Virus record (IMG/VR): IMGVR_UViG_3300042934_000212
Reading direction: 5' to 3' (one strand)
Length of the DNA stretch: 64,000 nt
From: a virus
Taxonomy: Duplodnaviria; Heunggongvirae; Uroviricota; Caudoviricetes
A program made the translations under genes and the position numbers. Positions 57,721 through 64,000 of this stretch are shown piece after piece. How positions within the stretch are numbered: the first letter of the stretch is position 1; each line of letters starts with the position of its first letter. The notes under the pieces were generated by a model, which ran no database searches, had not been told where the DNA came from, and saw only the letters and a program-made list of their open reading frames with translations.

Positions 57721-57951
57721 TTATTCTACTTCATGTTCCCAAATCAGTACTGCTTGCTCTAAGATAGTAGTATCACCATAATAGGTTTCAAGAGTATAAG
57801 GGTAAGTTTTCTGGTGCCAGATTGTCTTTTGTGGGTCAGTCCATATATGTTTTAACATATCAGATACCACAAAAATGTTATCACCGTCTACACCGATATA
57901 ATCATCTTCACGACCTTCTCGTTGTAGTAAATACATTTTAATTTTTTTCAT
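57721..57951 (-). CDS. hypothetical protein
   Basis: 76-aa ORF flanked by near-identical units 2 and 3. Confidence 0.65.
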   Translation of the reverse strand: MKKIKMYLLQREGREDDYIGVDGDNIFVVSDMLKHIWTDPQKTIWHQKTYPYTLETYYGDTTILEQAVLIWEHEVE

Positions 57952-57980
57952 TTAACGTCACCGTTTATCTAAATTAAAAC

Positions 57981-58034
57981 TAGAATCCATCTTGTTTCAT
58001 ATATCCAATGATGTTTGATTGCTGTTAGATTCTA
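57981..58034 (-). ncRNA. CAGCAA stem-loop RNA, unit 3
   Basis: near-identical to unit 2; AGAATCT/GGATTCT stem. Confidence 0.7.
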
Positions 58035-58166
58035 AAAGAGAAAGTTTCAAATTGAGTTTACAGAAAGATTTTCAAGATCTTAATACGTATTCTATTCCAA
58101 CCTTATAGGATAACATGCTATCCGTATTGCACCATAGTACGCCTGGTGAATTTGAAACAAATTTTG

Positions 58167-58239
58167 CGATCACGGCTGGATTTGAACCAGCGACCACTCG
58201 CTTAACAGGCGAACGCTCTAACCACTGAGCTACGTAACC
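58167..58239 (-). tRNA. tRNA-Asn(GUU)
   Basis: TTCGC-CT-GTT-AA-GCGAG; G73. Confidence 0.9.
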
Positions 58240-58258
58240 ATTTGTATTTCTTACTTAT

Positions 58259-58287
58259 ATTATACCACAAAATTTTGCGGCGTTTCA
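58259..58287 (-). promoter_or_regulatory. TGAAAC-class promoter
   Basis: TGAAAC-N13-GTGG-TATAAT. Confidence 0.8.
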
Positions 58288-58477
58288 TTTATTTCAGTAC
58301 TAATATCAATTTAATAATAAGGCCATATCGGTCGTTGCGACAATTTATATAACCCCTGCGTGTACTTTCGGAGTAATTAATTCCTATCCTAAACGATGTT
58401 ATTTGCCTGCTGATAAATTATTCTAGAAGTAATTTAACGCACTTATTATTAAATTATTATTAGTACTGAAAAATATT

Positions 58478-58927
58478 TTACATATTAAAAAGACCGTAAC
58501 CAAAGCTCATATTCAAATCGCCCCAATACCCGTTGAAGTTTGGTACTTCATCATCAACGAATTTGAATTCAAACTGTAATTCAGTCTGTGCAATACGCAT
58601 AATAAGAACTGCTAGTGCATGTGGTTCTTCGAACATATAATCAGGTTCTTTATCAGTACCATCATTATATACTAAATCATCAATCTCAACACCAGCATCA
58701 GTTAATGCTTCTGCGTAGTTTGTAGGTAGACGATAATCTTCGTATTCATCAGCAATTAGAAAACGAGGGTACGCCCCTTCACTGATAACACCAATCTTAG
58801 TACCTGCATCTTTAAATGCTTGCTGTACTTCATTATTTGGTTTAGTACTTTCAATAATGAAAGATTCGGACTGATTATGACCGTCTTTAGACCAATCACC
58901 AATATGGATTTTAAAACGATGGCTCAT
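58478..58927 (-). CDS. hypothetical phage protein (GDWS.DGH..GYGLF)
   Basis: 149-aa ORF. Confidence 0.75.
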   Translation of the reverse strand: MSHRFKIHIGDWSKDGHNQSESFIIESTKPNNEVQQAFKDAGTKIGVISEGAYPRFLIADEYEDYRLPTNYAEALTDAGVEIDDLVYNDGTDKEPDYMFEEPHALAVLIMRIAQTELQFEFKFVDDEVPNFNGYWGDLNMSFGYGLFNM

Positions 58928-58938
58928 GTTTTACCTTT

Positions 58939-59529
58939 TTAGTTTCCAAATTTAGAAATAGCTTCTTCGAGTGTATAGGAGTTTATAACCTTGATGGAAG
59001 CAACGTTGTATAATATTACAAAAACTTCACCATTATCAAACTTGTAAGTATAAGCGTCATACCCAAGCTGTGTTAATGCACGAACAAATTGTGTTGGATG
59101 ATTGTTATACCAATCATACCATACGGACATTAGTGCATCATACATACTATCTTCATTCATATAACTATCGAGTGCAGTACGAATCGCACGATTTTGGTTT
59201 TCATCCCAATTTGTATATGCTTCATCATCAGGAGTATTTTGGATTAATTTTAACAGTACTGCTTTATTAATCTTCTGACTTTTTGATAATTCTTTTCTAA
59301 TAGTTAGTTCACATTCATAAACCATACCAGTAGGAGATTTTTCACAATATCCTCTTGCAGTGATTGGGTTAGATGTAAAATATATACCAGGACCATATTC
59401 ATCGTTTCCTCTACCAACAAATTCATCACTGAATTGCGATATTGGATTTTGCGTACCATGATAATAGTAACCTGATAATTTTCCTTCCATTATGGCAGAT
59501 ATGTCTTCCATTAATTTTTTCATTTCCAT
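58939..59529 (-). CDS. ADP-ribosyltransferase-fold protein, possibly virion-packaged
   Basis: YYHGT..F.......YGPGIYFTSNP..A.GY..G.VY motif; TAAATA upstream. Confidence 0.65.
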   Translation of the reverse strand: MEMKKLMEDISAIMEGKLSGYYYHGTQNPISQFSDEFVGRGNDEYGPGIYFTSNPITARGYCEKSPTGMVYECELTIRKELSKSQKINKAVLLKLIQNTPDDEAYTNWDENQNRAIRTALDSYMNEDSMYDALMSVWYDWYNNHPTQFVRALTQLGYDAYTYKFDNGEVFVILYNVASIKVINSYTLEEAISKFGN

Positions 59530-59557
59530 GATTATTACCTTAAGAGTTTATTTTTAT

Positions 59558-59911
59558 TTACTTCTTAAAGAATAACCAGCCAAAAGCTCTTACTCCTGCA
59601 TACATCAGTACTGAACGAGGTTTACCCACATTAGTATCTCTCAATGCCTGCATAAGAACTGCATCAGCTTCTTTACGCTTCAGGGTGCCATTATGGTACA
59701 GCCAATCATGCAGTGTCGCTGCGGCGTGACCACGGTCGCCTACAAGCTCAAATACTACCGGAATACGTGGAACACTTGCAAAGTCAGTTTCAAACCCTTC
59801 AGGTACAATGATAATACCGTGTTTCTTATCCTCGTAAATTAAATCCGATAGTAAACGCCACTTCTTACCTTCGTTATTAATTAACTCTACTTTTAAATGT
59901 GTAATGAACAT
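59558..59911 (-). CDS. DUF1353 family protein
   Basis: VPEGFETDFASVPR..AATLHDWLY..R.EAD..MY.GVR.FG. Confidence 0.85.
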   Translation of the reverse strand: MFITHLKVELINNEGKKWRLLSDLIYEDKKHGIIIVPEGFETDFASVPRIPVVFELVGDRGHAAATLHDWLYHNGTLKRKEADAVLMQALRDTNVGKPRSVLMYAGVRAFGWLFFKK

Positions 59912-59974
59912 CTTTTATCCTTGATTATAGTTGGTACTATAATATTTAAGAATAGATGCTCATTTTTTAGTTAA

Positions 59975-60202
59975 TTAAACTTTTTCAATAATTACCGTAC
60001 TAGTACGTTTAACTACCGAAAAATCAACAAGAATATGATTATTACAGTTTAAGAAAATATATGCATCTTCTTCTGTTTCAAATTCTTTTGCACCAAATAG
60101 TACTGGTAAAGTTATTACTGAATTTTGAAAGCCAATGCTACTAAAAAATTCACCCGTAATATTATCTTGTAACATATATTCAGTACTTATGTTAGTAGTC
60201 AC
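59975..60202 (-). CDS. hypothetical protein
   Basis: start reassigned to GTG at 60202 (AAAGGA RBS). Confidence 0.6.
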   Translation of the reverse strand: MTTNISTEYMLQDNITGEFFSSIGFQNSVITLPVLFGAKEFETEEDAYIFLNCNNHILVDFSVVKRTSTVIIEKV

Positions 60203-60225
60203 TATATTTCCTTTGTTATAATTGC

Positions 60226-60347
60226 TGGAATTCATTTCATTTTTGACCGCTGCGTCTCCCAATTTCGCCACATGCACCGAAGTACAAGACAGGACTCGAA
60301 CCTGCAAAAAAGCTGTTTGCTATTAGTATGGTTGCTGCTGAATTCCA
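60226..60347 (-). ncRNA. CAGCAA stem-loop RNA, unit 4, with circularly permuted tRNA-like domain
   Basis: GGAATTCA-GCAGCAA..GCAGG-TTCGAGT-CCTGT-CTTGTAC-TTCG-GTGCATG-TGGCGAAATTGGGAGACGC..TGAATTCC-AG. Confidence 0.8.
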
Positions 60348-60357
60348 AATTTATTAC

Positions 60358-60434
60358 TGGTGGGAATAGCAGGACTCTAACCTGCGACCTCACAATTATC
60401 AGTTGTGCGTTCTAAACGACTGAACTATATTCCC
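60358..60434 (-). tRNA. tRNA-Ile(GAU) with U19/A56 elbow
   Basis: CACAA-CT-GAT-AA-TTGTG; T-loop TTAGAGT; ACCA end. Confidence 0.9.
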
Positions 60435-60442
60435 GTATTACT

Positions 60443-60901
60443 TTACATATTGTACCGTCTGTTTAACCAATTATCATCGATTCGAGTACGGCGTTCTCTT
60501 TCTGCGAGTTCATCATCAAATTTCTTCACTGCTTCACAGATGCTGTCAATTTGCTCTTGAGTAGGTTCCCAAGTTTTCATGAACTCATATAGATCACTAA
60601 CTGTCATTTTACCGTCAGTACGAGGGTCTTTCACTTCAGTACTTTCAGGTTCTTCAACATGAGATTTAATGATTGGTTTAGCCATTTCCTGCCAACCACG
60701 AGGCATCCAGTTATCGTCTGCTAATTCACAAGACATTAACTCAGTTGGATTCATTGTAGTATCACCATAGAAAACATGATACAGTTCACCGTTCTTATTC
60801 AGATAAAGACGTTCATTTGATCTGAACTTTGGTAATTCAAAAAGAATACCATCTTCACCTGAATCTTGGAGTAGTTTTTTGATTTCATTAAAAGTCATCA
60901 A
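60443..60901 (-). CDS. hypothetical protein
   Basis: 152-aa ORF. Confidence 0.7.
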   Translation of the reverse strand: MMTFNEIKKLLQDSGEDGILFELPKFRSNERLYLNKNGELYHVFYGDTTMNPTELMSCELADDNWMPRGWQEMAKPIIKSHVEEPESTEVKDPRTDGKMTVSDLYEFMKTWEPTQEQIDSICEAVKKFDDELAERERRTRIDDNWLNRRYNM

Positions 60902-61102
60902 TTACCACGCATATTGATTCATAGAATCAAGTACTTGGTTTAGTTCTTCTAATTTAGGATCGTTGTCTTCAATGTCAAACGTTGCATAAGCAAGTTCACC
61001 ATAGAGTTTAACGTTTTGATCATAAGTTTGTTCCTGTACAATTGTTCTTGCACAAACAGCCATGTCAGTACTTTCCAAGATTTGCTTTACGATGTTTTCC
61101 AT
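60902..61102 (-). CDS. hypothetical protein
   Basis: start reassigned to MENIV. Confidence 0.65.
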   Translation of the reverse strand: MENIVKQILESTDMAVCARTIVQEQTYDQNVKLYGELAYATFDIEDNDPKLEELNQVLDSMNQYAW

Positions 61103-61106
61103 ACTG

Positions 61107-61577
61107 TCACCTATAAGGATATGGTACAATGTTATTCATTTCCCGAAGTATGTCGATGCAATGATTAACTTGCATTATGTCTTCGAGGTATTTTACGTAT
61201 TCTTTCAGATGCATGTGGAACTCATAACTGAAAGGAATATGTCTTATGGTACTTAACTGAAAGAACCATGATTCAGACATATCAAATGGTATATGCTTAA
61301 TTCTGAATATATCATTATCAAAGTCATCATCGTCAGTGAAATAATAATTCACGGTATAACGATTTTTGAGAAGATTAACAAACACCGCAAATGTATTATT
61401 TCCATCAGACAAATAAAAATGGATTATCCCGTTTGATGATGTATAATGATCTGAGTCATTAAACAATATCATATTAGATAATCCATTAATTGTTGATCTA
61501 CATTGTTCCGGTTTTTTCAGTACTTTAATAAAGTGGTCTTCACCATAATTATAAAATTTACTGCAAGTATCATCCAT
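61107..61577 (-). CDS. hypothetical protein, family C
   Basis: ESWFFQLSTIR. Confidence 0.7.
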   Translation of the reverse strand: MDDTCSKFYNYGEDHFIKVLKKPEQCRSTINGLSNMILFNDSDHYTSSNGIIHFYLSDGNNTFAVFVNLLKNRYTVNYYFTDDDDFDNDIFRIKHIPFDMSESWFFQLSTIRHIPFSYEFHMHLKEYVKYLEDIMQVNHCIDILREMNNIVPYPYR

Positions 61578-61801
61578 TAGAATGAATCCGGTTTTGCTAC
61601 GCTCCGTACTGCTGACATAAAACCTTTCTGAAGGTCGGTCTGTGCAATGCTGAGCCAGCGTTGATCGACTTTGGGATCATCTTTTAGTTCGTTAATTAAA
61701 TCACCGACCTGAGATGCCAAATTTTTAATATTATTCATCGCATCAATCTCTGCCTGAGATAAATCGCGGTATCCTTTAATATGTTTGTGTTGATTATCCA
61801 T
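61577..61801 (-). CDS. acb2: anti-CBASS cyclic-nucleotide sponge Acb2
   Basis: MDNQHKHIKGYRDLSQAEID..IK..RWLSIAQTDLQKGFM..VRSVAKPDSF matches the Acb2/T4 Vs.4 signature. Confidence 0.9.
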   Translation of the reverse strand: MDNQHKHIKGYRDLSQAEIDAMNNIKNLASQVGDLINELKDDPKVDQRWLSIAQTDLQKGFMSAVRSVAKPDSF

Positions 61802-61824
61802 AATCGTATTCTCTTAATTAAAAC

Positions 61825-61881
61825 TGGAATCCACAAGGTCAAAGTAAAAGTTTGAGTTTGTGTGTTTGCTGGAGGATTCCA
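61825..61881 (-). ncRNA. CAGCAA stem-loop RNA, unit 5
   Basis: GGAATCC-TCCAGCAA-loop-GGATTCC-AG. Confidence 0.7.
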
Positions 61882-61888
61882 AAATCTG

Positions 61889-62116
61889 TTATTCTACGTA
61901 GCCTAGAAAACCTACATGTACTTTTTCAGTACTCTTAGTTCTCTTACCCGTTTCTTTATCTTCTGTGCTTACTTCACGCTCAAATACTATTGGCTCAAGT
62001 AGCAGAACTTTCTTTTTTGCACCGAATACTGAACTAATTTCATCATTAGACAGTTCTTCAGTACTAGTATGACGACGAAGATCACCGTCTACTTTGTAGT
62101 AGTAATCGTAATACAT
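61889..62116 (-). CDS. hypothetical protein
   Basis: 75-aa ORF, AAGGA RBS. Confidence 0.65.
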   Translation of the reverse strand: MYYDYYYKVDGDLRRHTSTEELSNDEISSVFGAKKKVLLLEPIVFEREVSTEDKETGKRTKSTEKVHVGFLGYVE

Positions 62117-62138
62117 TTTATTTCCTTGCTTAAAAACT

Positions 62139-62181
62139 AGAATCTCTTAATATTATTTATCAATAGATGCTGCAAGATTCT
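62139..62181 (-). ncRNA. CAGCAA stem-loop RNA, unit 6 (CAGCAT variant)
   Basis: AGAATCT-TGCAGCAT-loop-AGATTCT-AG. Confidence 0.6.
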
Positions 62182-62258
62182 TGGAGGGATACCAGTGGAC
62201 TCGAACCACCAACACAAGGATTTCACATCTCTGCTCTACCAATTGAGCTAGGCAACCC
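62182..62258 (-). pseudogene. tRNA-like element with aberrant anticodon arm
   Basis: intact D arm (GCTC-AATTGGTA-GAGC), T arm and CCA; extended acceptor; anticodon arm cannot form a 5-bp stem with 7-nt loop. Confidence 0.65.
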
Positions 62259-62271
62259 CATTACTAATTTT

Positions 62272-62362
62272 TGGTGGAAGGTCAGGGATTCGAACCCTGG
62301 GAGGGCTATTAACCCCCGACGGTTTTCAAGACCGTTGCATTAAACCACTCTGCCAACCTTCC
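62272..62362 (-). tRNA. tRNA-Ser(UGA)
   Basis: ACGGT-CT-TGA-AA-ACCGT; long variable arm; CCA encoded. Confidence 0.95.
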
Positions 62363-62394
62363 AAAGAAAGTACTAGAAAGTACTTTTGTACGCT

Positions 62395-62549
62395 GAATTC
62401 TATATAATCGAACAAACTACCAATAGCACGGTTCGATATGACTTATTTATATATCCCAAGTCACCAAGTGATTACGAAGGGAATTTTACTTCCGAGTAAC
62501 CAATCCAGTATTGTATGATTTTAGATTTTTATGTTTGCAGTAAGAATTC
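62395..62549 (-). ncRNA. CAGCAA stem-loop RNA, unit 7 (CTGCAA variant, multi-hairpin insert)
   Basis: GAATTCT-TACTGCAA...AGAATTC-AG enclosing three hairpins. Confidence 0.55.
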
Positions 62550-62578
62550 GTGTGCTAAAACTTTTCTAAATTAAAAAC

Positions 62579-62680
62579 AAGAATCGTGTTTTTCTGTGCC
62601 TCGTACCCAACGATAAAAGGGAATCGAACCCTAAGCGTTTCGCCAAATGAAATAAGAGTTATTTTTGCTGTGCGATTCTT
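62579..62680 (-). ncRNA. CAGCAA stem-loop RNA, unit 8, with T-arm
   Basis: AGAATCG-CACAGCAA..AGGG-TTCGATT-CCCT..CGATTCT-TG. Confidence 0.7.
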
Positions 62681-62796
62681 TAATGAGTTGTATATATTGG
62701 TGTTCTACAGGACTAGTGATTCTCAATAAGAGACGAATGATAAGCGTCGTGTCATACCATCCTACAATAGAGCATCAGATCTGAGCAATACATACT

Positions 62797-62878
62797 TGGT
62801 GGGGCGTCCTGGATTCGAACCAGGGTGTGGTATAACGGATTTACAGTCCGTCGCATTCGACCGCTCTGCCAACTCCCC
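62797..62878 (-). tRNA. tRNA-Tyr(GUA)
   Basis: ACGGA-CT-GTA-AA-TCCGT; ACCA end. Confidence 0.95.
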
Positions 62879-62884
62879 AATTTG

Positions 62885-62956
62885 CGTTCCCACGGAGACT
62901 TGAACTCCGGTTACCTGCGTGAAAGGCAAGTGTCCTAACCACTAGACGATGGGAAC
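62885..62956 (-). tRNA. tRNA-Glu(UUC)
   Basis: CTTGC-CT-TTC-AC-GCAGG; G73. Confidence 0.9.
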
Positions 62957-62961
62957 ATTTT

Positions 62962-63102
62962 TTATTTCAATGTCCACTCTTTACTTTTCTCTGTATCTTT
63001 TGATACGTCAAAACCAAGGGCTTCCATTACTTCAGACAGATTGTTATTAGCAATACCATCTAAGATTTTTGATAAAATCTTCATATTTTCTTCAGAGGAC
63101 AT
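62962..63102 (-). CDS. small hypothetical protein (46 aa, not in ORF track)
   Basis: MSSEENMKILSKILDG..; fills the gap between tRNA-Glu and unit 9. Confidence 0.5.
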   Translation of the reverse strand: MSSEENMKILSKILDGIANNNLSEVMEALGFDVSKDTEKSKEWTLK

Positions 63103-63131
63103 ATGTCATTCCAAATTAAAATTAAAGGACT

Positions 63132-63253
63132 GAAATCTTTTCTATACGGTCATCCAGACACAGCCGTTATACATAGCAACGTGGCTGCTGGGGGATCGAA
63201 CCCCACCGTTTTTCATAGCAGGAAAAATTGTTTTGTGTTTGCTGTAAGATTTC
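63132..63253 (-). ncRNA. CAGCAA stem-loop RNA, unit 9, with permuted tRNA-like insert
   Basis: GAAATCTT-ACAGCAA..ACGG-[TGGGG-TTCGAT-CCCCA]-[GCAGCC..GGCTGT]-[GTC-TGGAT-GAC]-CGT..AAGATTTC-AG. Confidence 0.7.
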
Positions 63254-63383
63254 GTGTTGCTTTTGTGCAGCGACAAGGATTTGAACCTACGTGATATTAA
63301 GAGAAACCTTCTCTACTTAATTCATTACCAGTGATCGATTTACTAATGAATCTTGTCAATCACCATCCCGCTTAACTACTTAT

Positions 63384-63412
63384 ATTATACCACATTTTTT
63401 TCTGCTGTTTCA
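63384..63412 (-). promoter_or_regulatory. TGAAAC-class promoter
   Basis: TGAAAC-N13-GTGG-TATAAT, embedded in the 3' end of the upstream ORF. Confidence 0.8.
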
Positions 63413-64000
63413 TATTTCTTCAAAGTATTTCGAAAAGATATTCCATCAGAAGTATATTCCTGTGGTAGTAATGGATTCTGAGTATTATTTATATCGTTTA
63501 TCATTATAGGAACAAATGATATACGAACAAATGTCCGTACTTTAGCAGTACTCTCAGATGGACGCCGATGTAATATATAAGGATCTAAACAGTACATTAC
63601 ATTAGGTTTGCATTGCTTAACTTCTTCAGTAATGTGTTCCTGTAAAAAGAAATTAACATTGTGAACTAAAGGATCAAAATCATCAGGAAACTTAACAGAT
63701 ACATTGGTGTATTCAGTAGGAATACTATTAGTCCAAATATAATTCTGTTCAGGAACATGTGGTACTTTAGTACTGAAGCCGTCAACATGCCATTCATCAT
63801 CGGTAACTGACTTAACCTTACCATGACGAACAGTAATATAACAAAATTGCTTTTCAACCTGTACTGCATTCAGTTGATGCATCAATGCTTCGATAACTAA
63901 AGGCTGGAGCCATTTTAGTTCAGGTGGAATGTTTAAGTTATTTCCATCAGCACTAACACACATACGTAATACGTACTGAGTATCGTGTGGACATTCTATG
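63385..64000 (-). CDS. 2OG-Fe(II) oxygenase-like protein, 5' end outside window
   Basis: WHVDG (HxD) .. LHR .. RTFVRISF; frame stays open to the window edge. Confidence 0.55.
   Translation of the reverse strand, partial: IECPHDTQYVLRMCVSADGNNLNIPPELKWLQPLVIEALMHQLNAVQVEKQFCYITVRHGKVKSVTDDEWHVDGFSTKVPHVPEQNYIWTNSIPTEYTNVSVKFPDDFDPLVHNVNFFLQEHITEEVKQCKPNVMYCLDPYILHRRPSESTAKVRTFVRISFVPIMINDINNTQNPLLPQEYTSDGISFRNTLKKYETAEKNVV

Noticed and set aside
60203-60307. N-terminal extension of ORF 59975-60307
   Set aside because: Overlaps the permuted tRNA-like RNA; the RBS supports GTG at 60202.
56586-63253. CAGCAA units as a CRISPR array or as intrinsic terminators
   Set aside because: Dispersed and irregularly spaced; AT-rich stems with very large loops; most lack a proper U-tract.
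63103-63294. 63-aa plus-strand ORF
   Set aside because: Antisense to CAGCAA unit 9 in an all-minus-strand region.

Overview
AT-rich (about 35% GC by eye) 64-kb segment of a lytic jumbo myophage, probably infecting an enterobacterial host. Gene content and layout suggest the Rak2/GAP32/CBB/121Q-like group; this is an inference, no search was run. 1-4.6 kb looks like a genome-end/early region: clustered sigma70 promoters, an H-NS-like ORF, two copies of a fixed-length inverted-repeat element and 17 tandem degenerate octamers. 4.7-11.5 kb is a late, plus-strand array of six 'MLPF'-leader virion-type proteins (RCC1/Kelch propellers). 11.5-44 kb is a minus-strand accessory region with a YgiB homologue, membrane-protein paralogues, an AAA ATPase, HNH proteins, a DUF262/HNH/methyltransferase cassette, a sigma70-like factor and two ~0.5-kb structured ncRNA candidates. 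44-64 kb is a dispersed cluster of 18 canonical tRNAs plus tRNA-like elements, interleaved with small ORFs (Acb2, HicA-like, ART-like, DUF1353). Most notable: (1) nine covarying stem-'CAGCAA'-variable-loop small-RNA units, some carrying circularly permuted tRNA-mimic domains (Y-RNA/YrlA-like architecture); (2) a lambda-type G-GGA-AAG -1 slippery site that would fuse the DUF262 protein to an otherwise unannotated HNH domain; (3) a six-copy TGAAAC-N13-(G/A)TGGTATAAT promoter class; (4) strong AGTACT over-representation.
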